Below are positions 26,450 through 35,542 of a stretch of DNA of 64,000 nucleotides, in pieces. Positions within the stretch are counted from its first letter, which is position 1, and each line of letters starts with the position of its first letter. The notes under the pieces are model-generated. The model searched no databases, had not been told where the DNA came from, and worked only from the letters and a program-made list of their open reading frames with translations. The position numbers and the translations under genes are program-made. Source of the DNA: an uncultured Victivallales bacterium (GTDB lineage Bacteria > Verrucomicrobiota > Lentisphaeria > Victivallales > GWF2-38-69); NCBI GenBank assembly GCA_964436735.1, contig CAYTFM010000002.1:25352-89351 (forward strand), read 5' to 3'.

Positions 26450-27505
26450 ATGCATTGTCGTGTAGGACAGGGTACAGCGGGTAAAATTCCTGTAGAGGAG
26501 AATAAGTGGATCTCTGTGCTCACACGTGGCATTGATTTGGGGATGACGCTTATTGACACGGCCGAAGCCTACCTCGATGGATTCGCTGAGAAAGTGGTGG
26601 GGAAGGCGATCTCCGGAAAGCGGGATCAAGTTTTCTTGTGCACAAAAGTTAGTCCTGAACATGCGGACAAGTGTGGCACGATTCACGCTTGCGAGCAAAG
26701 CTTGCGCCGCCTGGGAACTGACCATGTCGACTGTTACTTTATCCACTGGCCTTCCACAACAATACCACTTGAGGAGACCGTGGAAGCGTTTATGGCATTG
26801 CGTCAGCAAGGGAAGATCCGGCATTATGGGTTGAGTAATTTTGGGCTTGCGGCTTTTAAGCCACTCCGTGAAAAACATGGGGATGTGCTTTGGGGGCTTG
26901 AGCTTGAGTACAATTTGACATGCCGTCTGCCAGAGGATGAAATACTGCCATTGGCGGAGAGCGATGATTTTATGTTTTTGGCTTACACTCCCTTGCGAAT
27001 GCCGCAACATGGTCAAGACGTTCTGACACGCATCGCCCGGAAATATGACTGTTCGATCCAGCAACTTGCCATCCGATGGGTCATGCGCTACCCTAATGCC
27101 ATCCCCATACCGATGACCTTTGCTATGGATCACGTTCAACAAAATGCCGCCGCAGCGAATTTGGAGATAAGCAACCAAGATCTGTTCTCTATATCTGAAA
27201 GATTTTCTGCCACACGTATAATGGTTGCCCCTTCGCTCATACGAATTGCTTCAGGCGGCGATCAATCTGTTTATACGACGCTTGAAGAGGCCGTAGCCAA
27301 TCCGGCGAACCTCTCCCCTAGTCCTCTGGCGATAGCGGAGGACTTCCGTAACGGTGGCGAAGCCCTTATGCCAGTGAAACTCATTGTTGCTGAAAATGAC
27401 CCCTCTGGAGCAGCATACTACCTCGTTCAAGGGCGAGTGAGATATTGGGGGTGGGTCATCGCATTTGGATGGGAGAGACCTATTCCGGCTCTCATTCTTC
27501 CATGA
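26450..27505 (+). CDS. Aldo/keto reductase with a C-terminal extension of about 100 aa resembling a ParB/sulfiredoxin-fold domain
   Basis: The AKR tetrad context is LIDTAEAY (D, Y), VFLCTKV (K) and YFIHWP (H). After about residue 250 comes IMVAPSLIRIA...SPSPLAIAEDFRNGGEALMPVKLIVAEND..AAYYLVQGRVRYWGWVIAFGWERPIPALIL. This fits the ParB N-terminal domain pattern (I-x-V, L-A-x-S-I, G-x-L-x-P-V, Y-x-L-V-x-G-x-x-R, G-x-x-x-I-P-A). The start could also be GTG 26432. Confidence 0.75.
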   Translation: MHCRVGQGTAGKIPVEENKWISVLTRGIDLGMTLIDTAEAYLDGFAEKVVGKAISGKRDQVFLCTKVSPEHADKCGTIHACEQSLRRLGTDHVDCYFIHWPSTTIPLEETVEAFMALRQQGKIRHYGLSNFGLAAFKPLREKHGDVLWGLELEYNLTCRLPEDEILPLAESDDFMFLAYTPLRMPQHGQDVLTRIARKYDCSIQQLAIRWVMRYPNAIPIPMTFAMDHVQQNAAAANLEISNQDLFSISERFSATRIMVAPSLIRIASGGDQSVYTTLEEAVANPANLSPSPLAIAEDFRNGGEALMPVKLIVAENDPSGAAYYLVQGRVRYWGWVIAFGWERPIPALILP

Positions 27506-27572
27506 CAAAGATGAGGTATCTGCAGGCGATTATGCCCAAGTTCGAAGTTATATTACGTTTATTAGGCGACTT

Positions 27573-28616
27573 ATGAGAATGAATAAAGCAGTCAAGTCGA
27601 TCGTTAGAAAATTATTCATGTATTACGGTTTTAACCTGATAAGGAATCCTGTTGCTTGCCAGCGAATCCCGTTCGCCTCCTTCATGAACTCCAACAATTT
27701 AAGGTTTGATCTTATCAAGGGATATCGTCATGCCACCTGGCCATTGTCGTGGAGTGCCTTGTTTGATGACCGAGCAATACCAAACGGAGAGACAGTTCGC
27801 AATTTATGCTTTGCCGAAAAAGGAAGGCTCCAAGTTCGAGAGTTGGCCCGTTTTCTACAATTATGGGGGATTGAGCTTGCACAGAAGAAGATATTGGAGA
27901 TCGGATGTTTTTGCGGATCGGCATGTTATGCGTTGGTAGAGGCCGGGGCAAAGCAAGTTGACGGGATAGATGTGGCCGCCCATTTCACGCATGTGAAACA
28001 TCCCACAGATGAGGCTGTGAGAGAGCAATTCTGTTACCTCGACCAACTCAGGCATGCTGTGGCAGGTGAGTTTTTCCAGCATTCGGCAGTGGATATAAGC
28101 GAGAAAGTTCGATTCAGCAGTTGTGATGTTGTCGACTTAACAAATCATGACGCATATGACTTGATAATAAGCTGGGGGACCATGGAGCACATCAGCGACC
28201 CCCGAAAGGCTTTACGAAAGATATATGACGCATTGCGGCCGGGGGGGGTTACCGTGCACAACTACCAATCTTTTTTTTGCGAAACAGGCGCTCATTTCGA
28301 CACGCTTGATTTCCCTTGGGGGCACGTGAGGCTTTCATCTGAAGATTTCCGTCGCTATATCAGCCAATTCCGCACCGATGAGGCCGAGGTGGCGGAATGG
28401 CGTTTTTTCGACACCTTAAACCGAATGACCGTTGCAGACGTCAAGGAGTATGTCGAAAGCGCAGGATTGGAGCTCATTGACTTTGTGACTCTGACATCTC
28501 CGGACATCATGTCGCTTGATGCTGACATTCTGCCCCAGTCCCGCCAAAATTACCCGAATGTGGTGATTGCCGATCTTCTCGGGAAAAACAACTGGCTGAT
28601 CGCACGGAAACCATAG
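27573..28616 (+). CDS. Class I SAM-dependent methyltransferase
   Basis: Motif I is ILEIGCFCGSACYALVEAG. The post-I motif is VDGIDV. LRPGGVTV is also present. The start is set at ATG 27573, after the AKR stop. The gene contains a G8 run (28241-28248) and a T8 run (28271-28278). Confidence 0.75.
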   Translation: MRMNKAVKSIVRKLFMYYGFNLIRNPVACQRIPFASFMNSNNLRFDLIKGYRHATWPLSWSALFDDRAIPNGETVRNLCFAEKGRLQVRELARFLQLWGIELAQKKILEIGCFCGSACYALVEAGAKQVDGIDVAAHFTHVKHPTDEAVREQFCYLDQLRHAVAGEFFQHSAVDISEKVRFSSCDVVDLTNHDAYDLIISWGTMEHISDPRKALRKIYDALRPGGVTVHNYQSFFCETGAHFDTLDFPWGHVRLSSEDFRRYISQFRTDEAEVAEWRFFDTLNRMTVADVKEYVESAGLELIDFVTLTSPDIMSLDADILPQSRQNYPNVVIADLLGKNNWLIARKP

Positions 28617-28738
28617 TTGCGCGACAAGGTGGCGGATGCCCTGTGGCGGCATGTTAATGTTTCATTGGGGAATTGAATGATGCGAGCACGTTCACATCAT
28701 TTAGCTCTGCACGTAGGCAACGATTGGGAGGTTGACGC

Positions 28739-29743
28739 ATGCTACCTGACTCAGTTTTGTCCGATTTTGCCAAATCCAGCTGCTTGGTCACGGGAGGCAC
28801 AGGATTGATTGGACTGCAAATAGTTAAATTGCTGTTTGATGCAGGCGCAAAAGTGAAAGTGGCTTCGCTAGACCGCCTCGTCGTTGATTCTCGTGCGGAA
28901 CATGTAATTGCGGACTTGACCGACATGAGCATGTGCCTGGAGTTAACGAAAAGCATTGAGTATGTGTTTCATGTCGCAGGCATCAAAGGATCTGTCGAGG
29001 TCACCAAGTCCAAACCAGCCAGCTTCTTTGTTCCCTTGTTGCAGATGAACACAAACATGCTGGAGGCAGCCCGTCGCAACAATGCGCGCAAGGTTGTTTA
29101 CACAAGTTCCATTGGAGCATACCCAGCCGCGGAGGTGTTCGAGGAAGGAATGGGGATGGATGGACCACCGATGGACATGTTTCCGGGGTGGGCGAAGCGC
29201 ATGGCTGAATTACAGGTGGAAACCTACCGGATCCAGTATGGGTTGAAAAACTTCTCAGTCGTTCGCCCGTGTAATGTCTACGGTCCAGGCGATAATTTTG
29301 ACCCGGGAAATGCGATGGTAATTCCCACACTCATGGCCCGCATACGACGTGGTGATGATCCTGTTCCTGTGTGGGGTGACGGCTCGGCTGTGCGCGATTT
29401 CGCCTTCAGCCGTGATGTGGCCGAAGGGGTTATTCAGGCACTGTATCACGAAACAGGCGGATATCCTTTCCTGAACTTGGCAAGCGGCTCTGGTTACAGC
29501 GTCCGTGAATTGGTGGAAACGTTGCAGCGAATCGTGCCATTCAACGCCTTCTTTGACACAACCAAACCAAGTGGTTTCCCACGTCGCGTCATGTCAATTA
29601 CTGCCGCCCGAGAAACTATCAATTACAATCCATCCACGAGTTTGGAGCAAGGTTTGCGAGAGACATGGGAATGGTATGTGGCGAATGCAGACGAGTTCAA
29701 ACAAAAAAAGAACTATTTCAGAGAGGGGGATTTGGAACAGTGA
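28739..29743 (+). CDS. NAD-dependent epimerase/reductase, GDP-L-fucose synthase (Fcl/WcaG)-like SDR, copy 1
   Basis: CLVTGGTGLIGLQIV is present. YTSSIGAY...WAKRMAE is a YxxxK-like motif. VRPCNVYGPGDNFD and WGDGSAVRDFAFSRDVA are present. A GGGAGG SD precedes the ATG. Confidence 0.75.
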   Translation: MLPDSVLSDFAKSSCLVTGGTGLIGLQIVKLLFDAGAKVKVASLDRLVVDSRAEHVIADLTDMSMCLELTKSIEYVFHVAGIKGSVEVTKSKPASFFVPLLQMNTNMLEAARRNNARKVVYTSSIGAYPAAEVFEEGMGMDGPPMDMFPGWAKRMAELQVETYRIQYGLKNFSVVRPCNVYGPGDNFDPGNAMVIPTLMARIRRGDDPVPVWGDGSAVRDFAFSRDVAEGVIQALYHETGGYPFLNLASGSGYSVRELVETLQRIVPFNAFFDTTKPSGFPRRVMSITAARETINYNPSTSLEQGLRETWEWYVANADEFKQKKNYFREGDLEQ

Positions 29744-30252
29744 TCGCGGTTGAAGCAACAAAACTTGACGGAGTACGCCTCGTACGTCTTTCCCCCTACG
29801 AGGATTTTCGTGGATGGTATATTGAGACATATAATGAGGACATGTACCGTGAAAATGGAATCGACATGCACTTTGTGCAAGACGATATTTCCATTTCGGC
29901 ACGGAATGTCCTGCGCGGAATTCATGGAGATGCTGAAACATGGAAATTAATCTCCTGCCTCGAAGGACAATTCTACTTGGTGGTGGTGAATTGCGATGAA
30001 ACCTCTCCGCAATTTAAGCAATGGCAAGCATTCACGTTATCGGAACACAATCGAATTCAAATTCTCATCCCCCCAAAATTCGGGAATGGGCATCTTGTGC
30101 TCAGTGAGCGAACGATTTTCCATTACAAGCAAACGACATACTACAACCCCAAAGGACAGTTCACCTATAGGTGGAACGACGAGTCGCTTGGCATCTGGTG
30201 GCCAAGCAAAACCCCGATCGTATCTCAACGTGACGAGCGTGGACATTTCTAA
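29740..30252 (+). CDS. RmlC-like cupin, NDP-4-keto-6-deoxy-sugar 3,5-epimerase family
   Basis: FEDFRGWYIETYN...RGIHGD...KLISCLEGQFYLVVVN...LIPPKFGNGHLVLSE matches the dTDP-4-dehydrorhamnose 3,5-epimerase fold. The GTG start overlaps the previous stop (GTGA). Confidence 0.8.
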   Translation: MIAVEATKLDGVRLVRLSPYEDFRGWYIETYNEDMYRENGIDMHFVQDDISISARNVLRGIHGDAETWKLISCLEGQFYLVVVNCDETSPQFKQWQAFTLSEHNRIQILIPPKFGNGHLVLSERTIFHYKQTTYYNPKGQFTYRWNDESLGIWWPSKTPIVSQRDERGHF

Positions 30253-30270
30253 CTTTTTGGAGTGAGTATC

Positions 30271-31224
30271 ATGTTTGTGGGTAAAAAAATACTTGTCGCC
30301 GGCGCCGCTGGCTTTATTGGGGTAAACCTGATCAGCCGTCTGCTACGGACGGACGCATTCGTAAGGGGCACGCTTCACAAGCGCGGTGCAATTGTCGATA
30401 ATCCTCGCATCGAGTATGTCCGCGGCGACCTAACCACCGAAGAGGCTTGCAGGGTGGCTTGTGCGGGAATGGATTACGTCTTTGTCTGCTCTGCCGTCAC
30501 CTCCGGTGCGGCTGTCATGGAGAAAACGCCGTTGTGCCACCTCACGCCCAATCTGGTCATGAACGCCAGGCTGCTTGAGGCCGCCTATGCGGCGGGCGTG
30601 GAGAAATTCCTCTTCGTAAGTAGTAACACGGTGTATCCTGTCTCCGAAGCGCCCATGGCCGAAAATGACTGCACGAATGAGTTCTTCGAGAAATACCATA
30701 TCGTAGCTTGGATGAAACGGTTTTCGGAGATCATGTGCGACATGTATGCGCGGCGCATCAAGAAGCCGATGACGACGATTGTCGCCCGCCCGGCGAACTG
30801 CTATGGCCCATATGACAAGTTCGACTGGGAAACATCACATGTCCTTCCGGCACTTATCCGTAGGGTCGTCGAGCGGCACAATCCCATGAACATCTGGGGT
30901 GATGGACGGGATATCAAAGACTTCATCTATGTGGACGATCTTGTTGAAGGACTCGTGCTCGCCATGGATCGCATCACCGGTTACGAAGAGATCAACATCG
31001 CCAGCGGTAATGAATATTGCCTGCGCGAAATGCTTGATTTGTTGCTGGACATTGATGGGTTCAAGGAGGCGCGGATTATTTTCGACCCCAGCAAACCGAC
31101 CATGATCCCCAAACGCTTGATTAATCCCGGGAAGGCTGAATCACTGCTTGGGTTCAAGGCGAAAACCTCCATAGAGGAAGGGTTCCGACGAACTCTCGCC
31201 TGGTATAGGAGCACACTCGCATGA
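30271..31224 (+). CDS. NAD-dependent epimerase/reductase, Fcl-like SDR, copy 2
   Basis: ILVAGAAGFIGVNLISRLL, FVSSNTVYP, YHIVAWMKR (YxxxK), RPANCYGPYDKFD and WGDGRDIKDFIYVDDLV are present. Confidence 0.78.
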   Translation: MFVGKKILVAGAAGFIGVNLISRLLRTDAFVRGTLHKRGAIVDNPRIEYVRGDLTTEEACRVACAGMDYVFVCSAVTSGAAVMEKTPLCHLTPNLVMNARLLEAAYAAGVEKFLFVSSNTVYPVSEAPMAENDCTNEFFEKYHIVAWMKRFSEIMCDMYARRIKKPMTTIVARPANCYGPYDKFDWETSHVLPALIRRVVERHNPMNIWGDGRDIKDFIYVDDLVEGLVLAMDRITGYEEINIASGNEYCLREMLDLLLDIDGFKEARIIFDPSKPTMIPKRLINPGKAESLLGFKAKTSIEEGFRRTLAWYRSTLA

Positions 31225-32210
31225 TCATCAGTCGTACCCCCTTTCGCATTTCATTTTTTGGCGGTGGAACTGATTATCCCGCTTATTATAACGAACACGG
31301 CGGAATGGTGCTCGGGACCACCATCAACAAGTTCTGTTACGTGACCACCCGCTATCTACCTCCCTTTTTCGACCATGCCTACCGGATCCGCTACACCAGA
31401 CGCGAGGAGGTTCGAACAGTGGACGAGATCCAGCATCCGTCCGTACGTGAATGCCTTAAGTATACGGCTCTGGAGCGTGGGGTGGAAGTGGTTCACACAA
31501 GTGATATTCCGGCGATGTCGGGTATTGGGTCAAGCTCCGCGTTCACTGTTGGCTTACTTCATACGCTGTACGCCCTTCAAGGGAAAATGGTCACTAAGCG
31601 CAAACTTGCCTTTGACGCAATTCATATTGAACAAGATATGATACAAGAGTCGGTTGGGTCTCAGGATCAGGTTGCGGCGGCGTTCGGCGGTTTCAATATC
31701 GTCACCTTTGGGGGGAGCGAGGGCATTTTTGTTCAACCTGTGACGATTGGCGAAGAGCGACTTCAACACATTCAGTCCTGTCTCATGCTCTGTTTCACAG
31801 GTTTCTCGAGGTACTCCTCCGATATCGCTCGAGAGCAGGTCAAGAACACGTCCTCCCGCCAAGTCGAACTGCGTCGTATCCACGAAATGGTCGACGAGGC
31901 CAGAGAGATACTCTCCAGTCACTCAGGTTCTCTTGATGAGTTTGGCCGACTATTGGGTGAGTCCTGGGAAGTCAAGCGTGGACTGAGCAGTAAAATCACC
32001 ACGACGGAAATCGACCAGATCTACGACACCGCCATTCGAGCCGGAGCGTTGGGTGGGAAACTGTGCGGAGCCGGAGGTGGCGGCTTCATGTTGCTGTATG
32101 CTTTGCCGGAAACACATCGGAAAATCAAGGAAGCTCTCAAGAATCTGCTTTTTGTTCCGTTCAGGTTTGAGACCTTGGGGTCGCATATCGTATTCTATGC
32201 GGAAGAATGA
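31221..32210 (+). CDS. hddA: D-glycero-alpha-D-manno-heptose 7-phosphate kinase (GHMP kinase, HddA/WcbL-like)
   Basis: MIISRTPFRISFFGGGTDYPAYYNEHGGMVLGTTINKFCYV is the characteristic HddA N-terminus. GHMP motif II is SDIPAMSGIGSSSAF. GAGGGGFMLLY is present. Confidence 0.82.
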   Translation: MIISRTPFRISFFGGGTDYPAYYNEHGGMVLGTTINKFCYVTTRYLPPFFDHAYRIRYTRREEVRTVDEIQHPSVRECLKYTALERGVEVVHTSDIPAMSGIGSSSAFTVGLLHTLYALQGKMVTKRKLAFDAIHIEQDMIQESVGSQDQVAAAFGGFNIVTFGGSEGIFVQPVTIGEERLQHIQSCLMLCFTGFSRYSSDIAREQVKNTSSRQVELRRIHEMVDEAREILSSHSGSLDEFGRLLGESWEVKRGLSSKITTTEIDQIYDTAIRAGALGGKLCGAGGGGFMLLYALPETHRKIKEALKNLLFVPFRFETLGSHIVFYAEE

Positions 32211-32236
32211 TTTGCTCAAATATAGGATAGTCCGCC

Positions 32237-33214
32237 ATGCATGACGAAACCATGCCTTGCGATTTACTTGAAGGAAAGAGAGTTCTTGTCACCGGGGCCA
32301 CCGGACTGGTTGGAGTTCACACACTTTCGCGGCTGCAGAACCGGAAAGGCGTTTTCATCAGAGCGGTTGTTCACACAAGAAAGCCTAGTGTATCCGCCCC
32401 AAATATCTCTTATGTCGATGCTGACTTGACACAAGCGGCTGATTGCCGCCGAGCGGTCGAGGACATTGATTATGTCCTCATGTTCGCGGCGAAGATCGAC
32501 CGCAGAAACACAGGTTTAGAATCCGCTTTGCAAACCCTTTTTATTAACACACATATGCTTGAGGCATCATATCAGGCAGGCGTGAAAAAGGTTCTTTGGC
32601 TCAGTTCCGCGACAGCGTATCCTGTGTCAACCTCCCCACTCAAGGAGGAGCAATTGTTCGAAGGCAACCCTCACGAATCCTATTTTGCATTAGGGTGGAC
32701 GACCCGCTACATCGAGAAACTGTGCGAGACCTATGCGTTGAGATTACCGCGCCGCATGCCAATCGTCGTTCTGCGCCCTACAACCATATACGGCCCGTGG
32801 GGGGATTTCGAATTCGCCACGTCTCACGTGCTCTCCGCACTTATTCGCAGAGTTGCGGAACGTCAGTCACCACTCGAAATCTGGGGAACGGGTGAGACAC
32901 GCCGTGACTTCATTTACGTTGATGATGTCGTGGACGCCTGCCTGCTTGCTCTTGAGAAAGTGGACGCATATGGGGTCTTCAATATCGGCACAGGGGTGAC
33001 CTATAGCGTCAAGGAGTTGATTGATTATATTCTGGCAGTTGACGCCCTCCCGCTGGTGGAGGTTGTATACGACGCCTCGAAGCCGGTGAAGGCACCGTCG
33101 ATCGCCGTTGATTGCGCAAAAGCCAGGACAGAGCTTTGTTTCACCGCTAAGACGTCGTTGACCATAGGTATTAGGAAGACAATGGAGTGGTTGAAGAAGC
33201 ACTACCGCCTTTGA
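32237..33214 (+). CDS. NAD-dependent epimerase/reductase, Fcl-like SDR, copy 3
   Basis: VLVTGATGLVGVHTLSRL, WLSSATAYP, YFALGWTTR, LRPTTIYGPWGDFE and WGTGETRRDFIYVDDVV are present. Confidence 0.75.
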   Translation: MHDETMPCDLLEGKRVLVTGATGLVGVHTLSRLQNRKGVFIRAVVHTRKPSVSAPNISYVDADLTQAADCRRAVEDIDYVLMFAAKIDRRNTGLESALQTLFINTHMLEASYQAGVKKVLWLSSATAYPVSTSPLKEEQLFEGNPHESYFALGWTTRYIEKLCETYALRLPRRMPIVVLRPTTIYGPWGDFEFATSHVLSALIRRVAERQSPLEIWGTGETRRDFIYVDDVVDACLLALEKVDAYGVFNIGTGVTYSVKELIDYILAVDALPLVEVVYDASKPVKAPSIAVDCAKARTELCFTAKTSLTIGIRKTMEWLKKHYRL

Positions 33215-33228
33215 CAGGAGGGCACGCA

Positions 33229-34539
33229 ATGGTTTCCATCGCTCTTGTAGTTCCAAGCTGGCATTACTGGCTGGATCCAACACGTTTGCAACCGTTATAC
33301 GAGATGTATTACGCGACAATCCTCGAATCGTATTTTCATGGAAAGACGGTTCGGGTCACTATAGTCGACTTGCGGGGAATTGCCCTTGACCAGCAGGCGA
33401 GGCATGTCGCAGAGCATGATGCGTATATATATTGGATCATGAAAAGCGGCGATTATGCCGAAATAGCTGGTTTGATCAAAGAGTTGCGAAAGCATTATCC
33501 ATCTGCGAAACACGTCGCCGGTGGCACACATGTGGACATGTGCGCCGATGAGTGCGCAGCGGTGTTTGACGCTGTTGTGACAGGTCCAGGCGAGGAAACG
33601 CTTCCTATAGTCATTAAAGATCTGCTTCGGCGACGCCTTAAAAAAAGGTATGCGGACAGCTTCAACAGAATCCATTATGGAAAATACCCTTTCATGCTGA
33701 GGCATTTCCTGCCGACGACCGCAATAATCAATTATGATCTGTTCGGGAAATACGGAAAGGACATACGTGCCACGTGCGTCTTGTTCTCGCGCGGGTGTAA
33801 CTTCAAATGTGCTTACTGTGTGTATAATGTTCCCGGCAAAGTCCAGATGAAACCCTTGCCAATGATTGCTGAGGAAATTGAGTACCTGAAAAAACAATAC
33901 CGTGTGCAAGCAATCAACCTGAAGGATGAAATCGCTCTGCCTATGTCTCGCAGAGTTTGCATCCCATTTCTTGAGACTATCAAGCGAGCCAAAGTCATGT
34001 GGCGAGGTCAGACGACCGTGTGGGGCGCAACGAAGGAGCAGCTCAAACTTGCAGGCGAATCCGGCTGTGTGGAATTGGCCATTGGTGTTGAAAGTTCTTC
34101 AGAACTAGTCCGCGAGATAGTGAATAAGAGAATCAAAGACAATCAAATAAAGTCATTCATCGACACCTGTCATCAATATGGCATAAAAATTAAAATGTGT
34201 CTTATTCTCGGTTTACCAGGCGAGCCGCGAAACATCGTATCTAAAACAATACAGTTTATTGAGAAAATGCGTCCCGACTATGGCAGCGTTTCAGGCTTCG
34301 ACCCCTTTCCTGGTTCGCCGATTTACAACAACATGAAAGAATATGGCATAAAATACGTCGACTCTGATTGGGGGAAACATGCCCACCTTCTTTTCCGGTT
34401 TTCCAACAAGGAGGATGTGGGATTACCCTTCGAATACGAGAAACAGAACAAATGGGGGAAGACCTTCACTAAGCAGCAGATCGTTGATAACATCTGCGCC
34501 GTGCAAAACTATCTGCGCGAAAATGGAATGACATATTAA
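33229..34539 (+). CDS. B12-binding-domain radical SAM protein (class B-like), copy 1
   Basis: The radical SAM cluster motif is RGCNFKCAYCVYN (Cx3Cx2C). The N-terminal region of about 150 aa (VSIALVVPS...HVAGGTHV) resembles a cobalamin-binding Rossmann domain. A CAGGAGG SD precedes ATG 33229. Confidence 0.78.
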   Translation: MVSIALVVPSWHYWLDPTRLQPLYEMYYATILESYFHGKTVRVTIVDLRGIALDQQARHVAEHDAYIYWIMKSGDYAEIAGLIKELRKHYPSAKHVAGGTHVDMCADECAAVFDAVVTGPGEETLPIVIKDLLRRRLKKRYADSFNRIHYGKYPFMLRHFLPTTAIINYDLFGKYGKDIRATCVLFSRGCNFKCAYCVYNVPGKVQMKPLPMIAEEIEYLKKQYRVQAINLKDEIALPMSRRVCIPFLETIKRAKVMWRGQTTVWGATKEQLKLAGESGCVELAIGVESSSELVREIVNKRIKDNQIKSFIDTCHQYGIKIKMCLILGLPGEPRNIVSKTIQFIEKMRPDYGSVSGFDPFPGSPIYNNMKEYGIKYVDSDWGKHAHLLFRFSNKEDVGLPFEYEKQNKWGKTFTKQQIVDNICAVQNYLRENGMTY

Positions 34540-34558
34540 CTAAAGGGGCACTGTTCGC

Positions 34559-35449
34559 ATGGGTAAACCAGGCATCTCGCTTTTCGCATCTGCCTATAGA
34601 ACCAAGTATTGGCTGGATTTGTACAATAGTATTGGAGAAAACAGTGTCGATTTTGAACTGGTTTTTGTAGGCCCAATCAAACCAAGTTTCACTTTGCCCC
34701 GTAATTTCAAATATATCAAGTCAAACACAAAGCCATCCCAGTGCTTTGAAATCGCTCGTCGGCATACGTGCGGCGAGCTTTTAATGCACATAGGAGATGA
34801 CTTCGAGTTCAAAACCAAAGCGCCAATCGACATATTGTATAACACGTATAAGTCGCATGACAAGGGCAAATTGATAGTCTCGTGTAAGACGATGGTTGAC
34901 GGGAATGACAGGACGACTACTGATCATCGGTTTTTTGTTGGCGATGTTAATTCTCCCGTAATGCCGCAAGCTGGACTTTTGTCGAGAGAGTTATATGACG
35001 AAGTTGGCGGTATTGATAAGAATTTTGTTGCGGTTTTATGGGATATGGATATTGCCATGCGGGTTCATGCGTTAGGGGGAGACGTGATCATGGCTGACGT
35101 CTTTGCCGATGAGTTGAAATGCAAAAGTGAGGGAAGCATTCTGTGCACTGAGTATTGGCATCACGACCGAGTTTTACTGGAAGATCTTTGGGTTGCCAAC
35201 GGGAAGGTTCGACACAAGAGAGCAAAACCGTTTGAACCCTTTACAGACCATACTATCCTCGAATATTCCCAGGGGCCAAGAGGGAGATGGCGCGGTACCT
35301 CGCCGCTTTGGGTGGAACAGTCATTGGACTATTGGAAGGCCCATTTCCCTCGTCTTCATAGGATCATCCGTTCCATTGCGACTCCACGCAAATACCCGTA
35401 TTATCTCAAAAAACTTGAACAAGCGCTACACGCACAAAAACCATCTTGA
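34559..35449 (+). CDS. Putative glycosyltransferase (GT-A fold, divergent)
   Basis: ISLFASAYRTKYWLDLYNSI...LMHIGDDFEF (DxD-like)...GGIDKNFVAVLWDMDIAMR resembles GT2-like enzymes. The sequence is divergent, so the call is tentative. Confidence 0.45.
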   Translation: MGKPGISLFASAYRTKYWLDLYNSIGENSVDFELVFVGPIKPSFTLPRNFKYIKSNTKPSQCFEIARRHTCGELLMHIGDDFEFKTKAPIDILYNTYKSHDKGKLIVSCKTMVDGNDRTTTDHRFFVGDVNSPVMPQAGLLSRELYDEVGGIDKNFVAVLWDMDIAMRVHALGGDVIMADVFADELKCKSEGSILCTEYWHHDRVLLEDLWVANGKVRHKRAKPFEPFTDHTILEYSQGPRGRWRGTSPLWVEQSLDYWKAHFPRLHRIIRSIATPRKYPYYLKKLEQALHAQKPS

Positions 35450-35542
35450 TGCAATCGACGCTCAACACTCACCCAGTTTGGCGCATCCGCTGCTTCTCCG
35501 TAGTACTGTGAAGACAAGCTTTGCGCAGTTGAAGGAGTGTGT

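Noticed and set aside
26426-27178. 250-aa minus-strand ORF. Similar cases are 33295-33909 and 43572-44321.
   Set aside because: They are antisense to the AKR, the radical SAM gene and the SDR gene respectively. All three of those carry unambiguous catalytic motifs, and the antisense translations have no recognisable motifs.
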